From NCBI GenBank assembly GCA_964485485.1, contig CAZAJW010000328.1, positions 1-55,499 on the forward strand: a stretch of 55,499 bases of DNA, in the 5' to 3' direction. A model generated the notes under the pieces. It saw only the letters and a program-made list of their open reading frames with translations, made no database searches and had not been told where the DNA came from. The DNA comes from an uncultured Atribacterota bacterium. GTDB taxonomy: Bacteria; Atribacterota; Phoenicimicrobiia; Phoenicimicrobiales; Stramentimicrobiaceae. Positions 47,734 through 55,499 of the stretch are shown piece after piece (the stretch's first letter is position 1; each line of letters opens with the position of its first letter). The position numbers were made by a program, and so were the translations under genes.

Positions 47734-48573
47734 ATGAATTTAAATTTTGGTATATCAACCATAGTTTATTATCATGAATATATAGAAAAATTATTACCCT
47801 GCTTGGATGATGCCGATATCCGAAATATTGAAATCAGGCCTCATATTGGACATTTTGAATGTCAAGATCCTGAATTAATTGATAAACTGAAAAAAAGAAT
47901 TGAATATTTTAATATATCTGTCAAATCCATCCATATGCCTATGAATGGTGTGGATATATCCCATCCAGAAGAGTACGATAGGGTAAGATCTATCAGAGAA
48001 ATAGAAAAAGCAATTATGGTTGCATTGAAACTAAATGCCGAATTGGTTGTTATTCATCCCGGCGGTAAGTACAATAATTCGGAGGATAGGAAGATTAGAT
48101 TGAATCACTGTATTAGCAGTTTAAAGGAAATTACTGGATTCTGTAAGCAATGGAATATAAAAATTGCGCTTGAAAATACTCTTCCCGGGAGATTGGGAGA
48201 CCGGTGGACAGAAATTCAGCAGATTATAGAAAAAATATCATCAGAATATTTAGGCGTATGTCTTGACACAGGGCATTATCTTCTCAATCAACAAGGTAAT
48301 GAAAGAGGGATGCTAAACCTAGATAAAGAACCTGTTAACTGGCAGAAAAATTTATTGCATGTACATATACACGACAATAACGGTAAGGAAGATTTACACT
48401 TATTACCCGAAGAAGGTTTGTTTCCATGGATTTCGTTGATTTCTTATTTAAAAATAATAAAATATGATGGTGTTTTGATAGTTGAACCCAAGGTACAAGA
48501 AGTGCAATTACCAGATTATCTCGATAAGATAAGGAATGCTTTTGAAAGATTGGGATATCTATGGACTATTTAG
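47734..48573 (+). CDS. Sugar phosphate isomerase/epimerase (xylose isomerase-like TIM barrel)
   Basis: The HxP, ALEN, DTGH and HxHD metal-ligand pattern typical of AP endonuclease 2/xylose isomerase-like barrels. Confidence 0.72.
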   Translation: MNLNFGISTIVYYHEYIEKLLPCLDDADIRNIEIRPHIGHFECQDPELIDKLKKRIEYFNISVKSIHMPMNGVDISHPEEYDRVRSIREIEKAIMVALKLNAELVVIHPGGKYNNSEDRKIRLNHCISSLKEITGFCKQWNIKIALENTLPGRLGDRWTEIQQIIEKISSEYLGVCLDTGHYLLNQQGNERGMLNLDKEPVNWQKNLLHVHIHDNNGKEDLHLLPEEGLFPWISLISYLKIIKYDGVLIVEPKVQEVQLPDYLDKIRNAFERLGYLWTI

Positions 48574-48580
48574 CCATTTT

Positions 48581-48773
48581 GTTTAAACACAAAAATTACC
48601 TTCCGTTAAATAAAATGGTTTTACCATAAAGAAAAAGATATAATAACTGAAGTATTTTTACCTGAAGTCCTTAGGAGATTGAATAGAAAAGAGCAGGGAG
48701 AAAATGGCTAATAAACAGCTAAGCCTCTTTAAGGGATTCTTAAATCTACCAACTATGCGGGTGTTGTATTTAC
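48581..48773 (+). repeat. Intergenic modular repeat, copy F (5' hairpin + A-box + B + C-box)
   Basis: It begins 8 nt after the upstream stop codon. Blocks are AAAAATTACCTTCC, TGGTTTTACCATAAAG, TATTTTTACCTGAAGTCC and AGCTAAGCCTCTTTAAGGGATTCTTAAATCTACCAACTATGCGGGTGTTGTATTTACT. Confidence 0.78.
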
Positions 48774-48884
48774 TATTGAAACATATATGATAAATATAGC
48801 AAAGTAAGTTTTTTTGGAACGTATAGGTAAATAAGTTCTGGAAAATTTTCTATATTAACTATCTTTTGCCATATTTAGTATTCT

Positions 48885-48913
48885 TTGATAGAATAGTTTT
48901 GATAATTTATAAT
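48885..48913 (+). promoter_or_regulatory. Putative sigma-70 promoter of EF-G paralog
   Basis: TTGATA-17 nt-TATAAT read in ...TTCTTTGATAGAATAGTTTTGATAATTTATAATTTC... Coordinates are approximate. Confidence 0.4.
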
Positions 48914-48930
48914 TTCAAGGAGGAACGAGG

Positions 48931-51033
48931 GTGACTAAAAATGATGTTGACAGGATAAGAACTTTTGCAGTTGTTGGTCATGGAGATTCCGGTAAGACTT
49001 CCCTGACCGAAGCAATGCTTTATGACTCAAATATGATAACCCGGTTAGGAAAGATAGAACAAGGTAATACCGTTTCTGACTATGATCCAAAAGAAACCAA
49101 GAGGGGTATAACTATAAATTCTTCCTTAGCTTATCTGAATTGGAAAGACTCAACTTTTAATATTATTGATACACCTGGATATCTCGATTTTATAATCGAT
49201 ACAAAAACAAGTTTACGTGTAGTGGATACTGCGCTAATAGTTGTTTGTGGCGTATCTGGGGTGGAGGTTCAGACTGAGAAAGTCTGGGATTATTCCGAAG
49301 AATTTAAATTACCAAGTATCTTCTTTATTAATAAAATGGATAGGGAAAGAGCTGATTTTAACCGGACCAGTCAAATGATTAAAGATTATTTCGGTCAAAA
49401 TGCAGTTCCTATACAGCTGCCAATAGGATCTGAGGAAACTTTTGAAGGAGTTGTTGACTTGTTGAAGATGAAGGCATATTATTTTAAATCAAGCCCTGAA
49501 GGCAAAAGTCAGTTTGAGGAAAAAGAGATTCCAGAGGACCTAAAAGAAAAAACAAATGAATATCGTCAAAAGATGATAGAAGCAGTTACAGAATATGATG
49601 ATGAAATTTTGATGAAATACCTAGATGGAGAAGAGCTGAGCCAGGAAGAAATTCTTTCTTGTCTGAAAGGTGGAATGATAGAAAGAAAAGTTTTCCCAGT
49701 ATTATGCGGTTCAGCTACTAAGAATATTGGTATTGAATTGCTGCTTGATTTTATAAAAGATTATTTTCCAAGTCCGGTTGATTTACCGGAAATTGAAGTA
49801 AAAGACTTAAAAGAGCAAAAAGATATAAAAATAAAACGCTCATTAAGTGATACACCGTTTTCTGCTCTGGTATTTAAGACTGTAGCAGATCCTTATGTAG
49901 GGAACTTAACTTATTTTAGAGTTTTCTCCGGAGAGTTAAGCTCAGATTCTGCTGTCTACAATGCAACTCATGATATTGATAACAAGGTTGCCAAAATTTA
50001 CAGAATGCAGGGGAAAGAACAGGCCCCTGTTTCTAAAGTAATACCGGGAGGTATCGGTGCTATTGCTAAGCTAAAGAAAACAAACACCGGGGATACACTA
50101 TGCGATAAAGAACATCCCATTGAATTTAAGAGGATTGAATACCCTGAGCCAATTATGAAATTGTCAATATTCCCCAAGAGCAAGGGTGACGAGGACAAAC
50201 TTAGCATTGCTATTAACCGTATTGTAGAAGAGGAACCAACTATTCAAGTTTATCGGGATGAAGACACCGGAGAAACTATTATTGCTGGTATGGGAGAGTC
50301 TCACTTGGATGTAGTGATTGAAACAATGGAAACGAAATTTGGTGTGGAAATAGAAAAGAATACACCGAAAGTTGGCTACAAAGAAACAATACGTAAAAAG
50401 GTACAGGCAGAAGGAAAATATAAAAAACAATCCGGAGGTCGGGGCCAATATGGGCATTGTTTTGTAGAGTTTGAGCCCCAAGAACGGGGGAAAGGTTTTG
50501 AGTTTGTAGATAAGATAGTTGGTGGCGTAATACCAAAGCAATATCGCCCGGCAGTTGAAAAAGGCATTATAGAAGCAATGAAAAAAGGAGTATTTGCAGG
50601 CTATCCTACCGTAGATATCAAGGCCACATTGTATGATGGAAGTTACCATACCGTCGATTCATCGGAGATGGCTTTTAAGGTTGCTGGATCTATGGCATTC
50701 AAAAAAGGAGCTGCTCAGGCTGATCCTATTCTGTTAGAACCAATTTATGAGCTGGCAGTTACTGTTCCAAAAGATTATATGGGAGATATTATTGGAGATT
50801 TGAACAGTAAGCGAGGAAAGATTATGGGTATGGAAGAATCAGAAAAGGGTAGACAGCTTATTCGTGCTCAGGTTGCTCAAGCGGAAATATTTAGATATTC
50901 TATTGATTTGCGTTCTATTACCCAGGGTAGAGGTACTTTTACGATGAAATTTTCACATTATGAGGAAGTTCCTTCCCAAATTGCCCAGGAAATTGTAGAA
51001 CAAGCTAAAAAAGAGAATGAATCAGAATCATAG
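48931..51033 (+). CDS. Elongation factor G family GTPase (EF-G paralog)
   Basis: G1 GHGDSGKTS, G3 DTPG, G4 NKMD, domain IV YHTVDSSEMAF. 700 aa. GTG start after AAGGAGG. Confidence 0.85.
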   Translation: MTKNDVDRIRTFAVVGHGDSGKTSLTEAMLYDSNMITRLGKIEQGNTVSDYDPKETKRGITINSSLAYLNWKDSTFNIIDTPGYLDFIIDTKTSLRVVDTALIVVCGVSGVEVQTEKVWDYSEEFKLPSIFFINKMDRERADFNRTSQMIKDYFGQNAVPIQLPIGSEETFEGVVDLLKMKAYYFKSSPEGKSQFEEKEIPEDLKEKTNEYRQKMIEAVTEYDDEILMKYLDGEELSQEEILSCLKGGMIERKVFPVLCGSATKNIGIELLLDFIKDYFPSPVDLPEIEVKDLKEQKDIKIKRSLSDTPFSALVFKTVADPYVGNLTYFRVFSGELSSDSAVYNATHDIDNKVAKIYRMQGKEQAPVSKVIPGGIGAIAKLKKTNTGDTLCDKEHPIEFKRIEYPEPIMKLSIFPKSKGDEDKLSIAINRIVEEEPTIQVYRDEDTGETIIAGMGESHLDVVIETMETKFGVEIEKNTPKVGYKETIRKKVQAEGKYKKQSGGRGQYGHCFVEFEPQERGKGFEFVDKIVGGVIPKQYRPAVEKGIIEAMKKGVFAGYPTVDIKATLYDGSYHTVDSSEMAFKVAGSMAFKKGAAQADPILLEPIYELAVTVPKDYMGDIIGDLNSKRGKIMGMEESEKGRQLIRAQVAQAEIFRYSIDLRSITQGRGTFTMKFSHYEEVPSQIAQEIVEQAKKENESES

Positions 51034-51164
51034 CCAAATAAATAATAATATCATTATAATTATTTAAATATAAATTATTTTTTTAAAAAGTCTTGTTTTA
51101 AAAAGGTCTTGTTACTATAATAAAAACAAGAAATATTAATATTTAAAAGGGAGGTGGAATTTAG

Positions 51165-51257
51165 ATGGGCTTGTTTGCAGATTTAGAATGGTATTGGATT
51201 GCGGCAATAATAGCAGCTATTGTGGGAGTCATTTGGTGGCTAGGTGGGGAAGAATAA
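51165..51257 (+). CDS. Small (30 aa) hydrophobic protein MGLFADLEWYWIAAIIAAIVGVIWWLGGEE
   Basis: A strong RBS AAGGGAGGTGG sits 5 nt upstream. There is one predicted TM helix. It is not in the ORF track because it is below the size cutoff. Confidence 0.5.
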   Translation: MGLFADLEWYWIAAIIAAIVGVIWWLGGEE

Positions 51258-51319
51258 GATCAGACTAATAAAAATATATCCTCAAATATTAAAAGTATTA
51301 AATGTTAAAAATTAAAATG

Positions 51320-51358
51320 AGTGCAGGAGCATTGATTAATTTTAAGATGACCTGCACT
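51320..51358 (+). terminator. Possible terminator hairpin after small ORF
   Basis: AGTGCAGG (51320-51327) pairs with CCTGCACT (51351-51358). The loop is long and there is no tight U tract, so this is weak. Confidence 0.3.
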
Positions 51359-51392
51359 TATTCATTCATTGTTGTTTTTATTATCTATTAGC

Positions 51393-51465
51393 AGTTTTCC
51401 ATGAAAAGGTTAAACCTCTTTTGGAGGCCCTTAGAACCACCCGCTATACGGGTGCGATATTTACT
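51393..51465 (+). repeat. Intergenic modular repeat, copy G (minimal: A-box start fused directly to C-box)
   Basis: AGTTTTCCATGAAAAG is joined to GTTAAACCTCTTTTGGAGGCCCTTAGAACCACCCGCTATACGGGTGCGATATTTACT. Confidence 0.72.
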
Positions 51466-51552
51466 AAATAGTAACCATATCAAATGTTATTATAAAATTT
51501 ACTGGGGTACTAAAGAATCTGAAAACTTGTTCTCTAATATTAAATACATTGA

Positions 51553-51581
51553 TTGACTTTTCAAATTACATTAATTATAAT
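51553..51581 (+). promoter_or_regulatory. Sigma-70 promoter of leuS leader
   Basis: TTGACT (51553-51558), 17-nt spacer, TATAAT (51576-51581). Confidence 0.65.
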
Positions 51582-51606
51582 GATAAAAGTTTTTTAAAAT
51601 TAGTAA

Positions 51607-51933
51607 AATAGAGTACAGGAAATTTATTGAGTTGTAATGATAACAGAGAGTCAGTAATGGTGGAAGCTGATACATTATCTCAAAAAGCTCACCTGTTTAA
51701 TACCTGAATGAAAGAATTGTTTTATAAAGTAATTCAGGTCGTTTTTAAACGTTAAATAAACAAAGAGGGTAGATGGGGCTGTAGCTCAGTCGGGAGAGTG
51801 CCTCCTTGGCGTGGAGGAGGTCGCGGGTTCGATTCCCGCCAGCTCCACCATAAATATCTACTAAAAAAGGGTGGTACCACGGGAAATCTCGTCCCTTGTA
51901 ATGTATTTGTAAATTACAGGTGACGGGTTTTTT
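51607..51933 (+). promoter_or_regulatory. T-box riboswitch leader of leuS (specifier most likely CUC, Leu)
   Basis: Elements in order along the leader are as follows. AGAGTA at 51610-51615. AG bulge AGAGAG at 51645-51650. Distal loop GGTGGAA at 51659-51665. Specifier region AAAAGCTCA, with CTC at 51688-51690 followed by A. Stem II ACCTGAAT/ATTCAGGT at 51702-51739. F-box-like ACGTTA near 51750. T-box sequence AGGGTGGTACCACG at 51868-51881. Terminator at 51887-51927 followed by a run of six U. Confidence 0.85.
51775..51850 (+). tRNA. tRNA-Ala (anticodon GGC), CCA encoded, located inside the leuS T-box leader
   Basis: The cloverleaf is GGGGCTG-TA-GCTC-AGTCGGGA-GAGT-G-CCTCC-TTGGCGT-GGAGG-AGGTC-GCGGG-TTCGATT-CCCGC-CAGCTCC-A-CCA. 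It has the G3:U70 alanine identity pair. The anticodon GGC is at 51808-51810. Confidence 0.9.
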
Positions 51934-51957
51934 CTATTTTTAAGGGAGACAATCAGG

Positions 51958-54450
51958 ATGAAAGAAACATACGATTTTAAGGAAGTTGAAACTAAATGGC
52001 AGAAATACTGGTATAGTCAGAATTTTTTTGAAAGTAATGTTGATAAAAATAAAAAAGAATATTATGTGTTGGAGATGTTCCCCTATCCTTCTGGAGAGCC
52101 ACACATGGGACATGTTAAGAACTATGTGATAGGTGATGTTGTGGCACGTTATAAACAAAGTCGTGGATTTAATATTTTACATCCTATGGGCTGGGATTCT
52201 TTTGGTTTACCCGCCGAAAATGCTGCTATCAAGAATCAGATACATCCGGCAATATGGACCAAGAACAATATACAGAAAATGAAAAATACTCTTCAATCAA
52301 TGGGAATAACCTATGATTGGAATCGGGAAATTTCAACTTGTAGCCCTGAATATTATAAATGGACTCAATGGATATTTTTACAACTATATAAAAATAGACT
52401 TGCTTATAAGAAGAAAGCCGTAGTTAATTGGTGCCCATCTTGTGCAACTGTTCTTGCGAATGAGCAAGTTGTAAATGGCAGATGTGAGAGATGTGGTGCT
52501 GAGGTAACAAAAAAGGAATTATCCCAGTGGTTTTTTAAAATTACTGATTATGCCCAACAACTCTTGGATGATATGGATATCCTTGAGGAATGGCCTGAAC
52601 GAGTGCTGACTATGCAGAAGAACTGGATAGGGCGAAGTGAAGGCGCTAAAGTAGAATTTAAGATTTCCGGAAGAGAGGAAACCATATCAGTCTTTACTAC
52701 ACGACCGGATACGCTTTTTGGAGTAACGTTTTTTGTTCTTTCTCCTGAACATCCTATGGTTGAACAGCTTACCAAGGGGACATCATACGAGAAAGAAGTT
52801 AAGCAATTCAGAAATGAAATTGCCAAGGAAAATGTATCTGAAAAAGATTTAGCTACAACCGAAAAAAGAGGATGCTTTATCGGACAATATGCCATTAATC
52901 CGCTTAATCTGGAAAAAGTTCCCATATGGGTGGCTAATTATGTTTTGATGGAATATGGAACCGGTATGGTTATGGCAGTACCGGCACATGATCAACGAGA
53001 TCTAGAATTTGCCCAAAAATACAACCTTCCTGTAAGGGTGGTTATTCAACCTGAAAATGCAGCACTTTCAGGCGAAACTTTAAGCGAAGCTTATGACGGG
53101 GAAGGGGTGATGGTTAACTCCGGTGAATTTAATGGTCTGCATAGCTTAAAAGCTAAAGAAGTGATTACTAAATACCTGGAGGATAAAAATTTAGGAAAGA
53201 AAGAAATCAATTATCGATTAAGAGATTGGTTGATATCAAGACAACGATATTGGGGTGCGCCGATACCTATAATCTATTGTGAGAAATGCGGAATTGTTCC
53301 TGTTCCTGAGAGTAATTTGCCTGTTTATTTACCGGAAGATGTTAATTTTAAACCTACAGGGTTATCACCATTGTTATCTAGTAAGGAATTTCTTTATACC
53401 ACTTGTCCCATTTGTGGAGGAAAAGCAAGAAGAGAAACAGATACTATGGATACTTTTGTTTGTTCTTCCTGGTATTATTTACGTTTTTGTTCACCAAACT
53501 TGACTGAAAAACCTTTTGATGACGAAGAGTTACATTACTGGATGCCGGTTGATCAATATATTGGTGGTGTGGAACACGCAATTTTGCATCTACTTTATTC
53601 CCGTTTTTTTGTCAAAGCTCTTAATGATATGGGGTACCTTCGTTTTAAAGAACCATTTAAGAGGCTATTTACCCAGGGAATGGTGTGCAAAGATGGTGCT
53701 GCTATGTCAAAGTCCAAGGGAAATGTAGTTACCCCAGGTGAGATATTCAGCCAGTATGGTATTGATGCGACCAGGGTAATGATACTTTTTGCCAGCCCTC
53801 CTGAAGTCGACATGGAGTGGAGTGACAAGGGAATTGAAGGAGCCTCTCGTTTTTTAAATCGTGTCTGGCGACTTGTGTTCCAATATCAAAAACTCTTTAA
53901 GGAAAAAGAATATACCAGCATTCCAAAAGATAATATCAATAAGGATATTAAGGATTTAAAAAGAAAAATACATCAAACTATAAAAAAAGTAACTGAGGAT
54001 ATTGAAGAACGGTTCCACTTTAATACTGCTATAAGTGCTATTATGGAATTGGTTAATAGCTTATATGGTTTTGATTTGAAAGTTTCCCAGATGAGTCAGG
54101 CGCATAAATTAGTTTTTAAAGATGCTATAGAGACAACTATCAAATTGCTTAATCCCATTGCTCCACATTTCTGTGAAGAATTATGGCACGAGATTGGATA
54201 CAAAAAAAGTCTGTATTTAGAACCATGGCCAAAATATAGCGTTGATGCATTGAAAGAAGAGGAAATACTCATCGTTGTACAAATAAACGGTAAATTAAGG
54301 GATAAGATAAAAATATTATCAGATATTTCTGAAGAAGATATTAAAGAAAAAGTGTTAAAATTACCAAAAGTTAAAAAGTGGATTAATAATAAAAAAATTG
54401 ATAAGATTATATATGTATCAGGTAAATTGTTAAATATTGTAGTTCATTGA
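51958..54450 (+). CDS. leuS: Leucyl-tRNA synthetase
   Basis: HMGH (HIGH) motif, KMSKS motif and CP1 editing domain. 830 aa. Confidence 0.95.
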   Translation: MKETYDFKEVETKWQKYWYSQNFFESNVDKNKKEYYVLEMFPYPSGEPHMGHVKNYVIGDVVARYKQSRGFNILHPMGWDSFGLPAENAAIKNQIHPAIWTKNNIQKMKNTLQSMGITYDWNREISTCSPEYYKWTQWIFLQLYKNRLAYKKKAVVNWCPSCATVLANEQVVNGRCERCGAEVTKKELSQWFFKITDYAQQLLDDMDILEEWPERVLTMQKNWIGRSEGAKVEFKISGREETISVFTTRPDTLFGVTFFVLSPEHPMVEQLTKGTSYEKEVKQFRNEIAKENVSEKDLATTEKRGCFIGQYAINPLNLEKVPIWVANYVLMEYGTGMVMAVPAHDQRDLEFAQKYNLPVRVVIQPENAALSGETLSEAYDGEGVMVNSGEFNGLHSLKAKEVITKYLEDKNLGKKEINYRLRDWLISRQRYWGAPIPIIYCEKCGIVPVPESNLPVYLPEDVNFKPTGLSPLLSSKEFLYTTCPICGGKARRETDTMDTFVCSSWYYLRFCSPNLTEKPFDDEELHYWMPVDQYIGGVEHAILHLLYSRFFVKALNDMGYLRFKEPFKRLFTQGMVCKDGAAMSKSKGNVVTPGEIFSQYGIDATRVMILFASPPEVDMEWSDKGIEGASRFLNRVWRLVFQYQKLFKEKEYTSIPKDNINKDIKDLKRKIHQTIKKVTEDIEERFHFNTAISAIMELVNSLYGFDLKVSQMSQAHKLVFKDAIETTIKLLNPIAPHFCEELWHEIGYKKSLYLEPWPKYSVDALKEEEILIVVQINGKLRDKIKILSDISEEDIKEKVLKLPKVKKWINNKKIDKIIYVSGKLLNIVVH

Positions 54451-54497
54451 TATTAATGCAATTCTAGTGTTACTATTCTATAAAAGGAGGAATTTTC

Positions 54498-54971
54498 ATG
54501 GCATCTTTTGGTGATTTAAATTCTTTTGTTGGCATAGGTCGTTTAACAAGAGATCCAGAGCTAAGATATACGCCTTCCGGGACGGCTGTATGCAAATTTG
54601 GCTTGGCTATTAACAGGAGTTTTAGAAATCAGGAGGGAAATAATATAGAAGATACATTATTTATAAATGTGTCTGCTTGGGGAAGACAAGCCGAACATTG
54701 TTCACAGTTTCTAAAAAAGGGAAGAAGGGTTGCGATTAACGGAGAGCTCAGGTCTAATTCCTGGCAAGATAGGGAAGGAAATAAAAGGGTAACTTATGAA
54801 ATCAATGCACGTAGTGTTCAATTTTTAGATTATTTGAAGGATACCACTAGCAGCTCAGAAGAAGGATACCGTAAAGATAATCAATCTCAGGAAAATTCTG
54901 TTGAAGATAATTCTGGACAAGAAAATAGTCATATTGAAGAAGACGGCAATGAAGAAGACATTCCCTTTTAA
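54498..54971 (+). CDS. ssb: Single-stranded DNA-binding protein
   Basis: OB-fold N-terminus (NSFVGIGRLTRDPELRYTPSG) and acidic tail ending EEDIPF. Confidence 0.9.
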   Translation: MASFGDLNSFVGIGRLTRDPELRYTPSGTAVCKFGLAINRSFRNQEGNNIEDTLFINVSAWGRQAEHCSQFLKKGRRVAINGELRSNSWQDREGNKRVTYEINARSVQFLDYLKDTTSSSEEGYRKDNQSQENSVEDNSGQENSHIEEDGNEEDIPF

Positions 54972-55016
54972 GTTATAGCCGGACAATTGTTCTTAAAAAT
55001 TAGGATAATCAAACTA

Positions 55017-55150
55017 ATTTTATTTAACCATAAAAAAGTTTAAGATAAGCTAGCTGACAATTTTTCATTCGAAATCTAAAGTTGGGAATTATAGTGCTTA
55101 AGCAATATTATAGCTGAAGTATAAATAAAAAATCGAAAGAAAAAACTAAA
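55017..55150 (+). repeat. Intergenic modular repeat, copy H (A-box + long B; no C-box)
   Basis: AATTTTATTTAACCATAAAAAAGTTTAAGATAAGCTAGCTGACAATTTTTCATTCGAAATC...TGCTTAAGC...ATAAATAAAAAATCGAAAGAAAAAAC aligns with copy E through the CGGAAGAAAAAG block. Confidence 0.68.
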
Positions 55151-55206
55151 ATAAACATTCTAAAATAAACAATCTACATTTTATATAGTTTTGGCAAGGT
55201 TTTTTA

Positions 55207-55235
55207 TAGACAAAGAAAAAAAGAGATGTTATAAT
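55207..55235 (+). promoter_or_regulatory. Putative promoter of tRNA cluster
   Basis: TAGACA (55207-55212), 17-nt spacer, TATAAT (55230-55235), with an extended -10 TG at 55227-55228. Confidence 0.5.
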
Positions 55236-55263
55236 AAAGCTTGCCGGTTTACGGAGTTAATTT

Positions 55264-55339
55264 GGGCGGGTAGCTCAGTTGGGAGAGCACTGGCTTTACA
55301 AGCCAGGGGTCACAGGTTCAAGCCCTGTTCCGCCTACCA
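55264..55339 (+). tRNA. tRNA-Val (anticodon TAC)
   Basis: Cloverleaf GGGCGGG-TA-GCTC-AGTTGGGA-GAGC-A-CTGGC-TTTACAA-GCCAG-GGGTC-ACAGG-TTCAAGC-CCTGT-TCCGCCT-A-CCA. Confidence 0.88.
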
Positions 55340-55352
55340 TTAATTTTAATAT

Positions 55353-55431
55353 GGGGTCGTAGTGCAGCTCGGTTTAACACGCCTGCCTGTCACGCAGGAG
55401 ATCGCGGGTTCAAATCCCGTCGACCCCGCCA
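55353..55431 (+). tRNA. tRNA-Asp (anticodon GTC)
   Basis: Acceptor GGGGTCG/CGACCCC, anticodon arm CCTGC-CTGTCAC-GCAGG, T arm GCGGG-TTCAAAT-CCCGT, discriminator G, CCA encoded. Confidence 0.88.
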
Positions 55432-55460
55432 TCGAAAATAATTTTTTTTAAATGCTATCT

Positions 55461-55499
55461 GCCGAGATAGCTCAGTCGGTAGAGCAGTGGACTGAAAAT
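55461..55499 (+). tRNA. tRNA-Phe (anticodon GAA), 5' part only (runs off window)
   Basis: GCCGAGA-TA-GCTC-AGTCGGTA-GAGC-A-GTGGA-CTGAAAA-T... It is truncated at the window end. Confidence 0.75.

Noticed and set aside
50164-50649. Three overlapping minus-strand ORFs (161, 85 and 63 aa) inside the EF-G paralog
   Set aside because: They are antisense shadows within a strongly supported GTPase gene, with no start context or motifs.
1-55499. Search for CRISPR arrays, IS elements/transposases, integrases, prophage or toxin-antitoxin/defence modules
   Set aside because: There are no direct-repeat/spacer arrays. No ORF carries transposase, recombinase, nuclease-defence or phage structural motifs. 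The window is essentially core metabolism, apart from the non-coding repeat family reported above.

Overview
This is an AT-rich bacterial chromosomal segment. The lineage cannot be assigned from sequence alone; the gene content looks like an anaerobe. It is mostly housekeeping, with about 50 credible CDS and 4 tRNA genes. Main gene content: a complete pyrBICFKDE cluster on the minus strand, guaB, coaX, leuS, ssb, trxB, pepF, nnr, htrA with a histidine kinase and a sigma-54 activator, a PF04392-type (Trp/Tyr-type) ABC importer, an EF-G paralog, and Val-Asp-Phe tRNA genes at the right edge. I saw no transposase, integrase, CRISPR array or recognisable defence genes. Five things the ORF track does not explain stand out. 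(1) A tRNA-Ala(GGC) gene sits inside what looks like the Stem III loop of the leuS T-box leader. (2) A 17-codon leader peptide with six consecutive Tyr codons lies between a consensus promoter and two tandem terminators upstream of the ABC importer. (3) A modular intergenic repeat or structured-RNA-like family has at least 7 same-orientation copies, mostly at operon boundaries. (4) A 1671-aa protein carrying HD, HEAT-like, NadD-like, GNAT-like and PRTase-like regions is translationally coupled to an LDH/MDH-like dehydrogenase and an Fe-S flavoprotein, divergent from nnr. (5) A well-spaced sigma-54 -24/-12 promoter precedes htrA. All functional calls rest on motifs read by eye; no database search was run.
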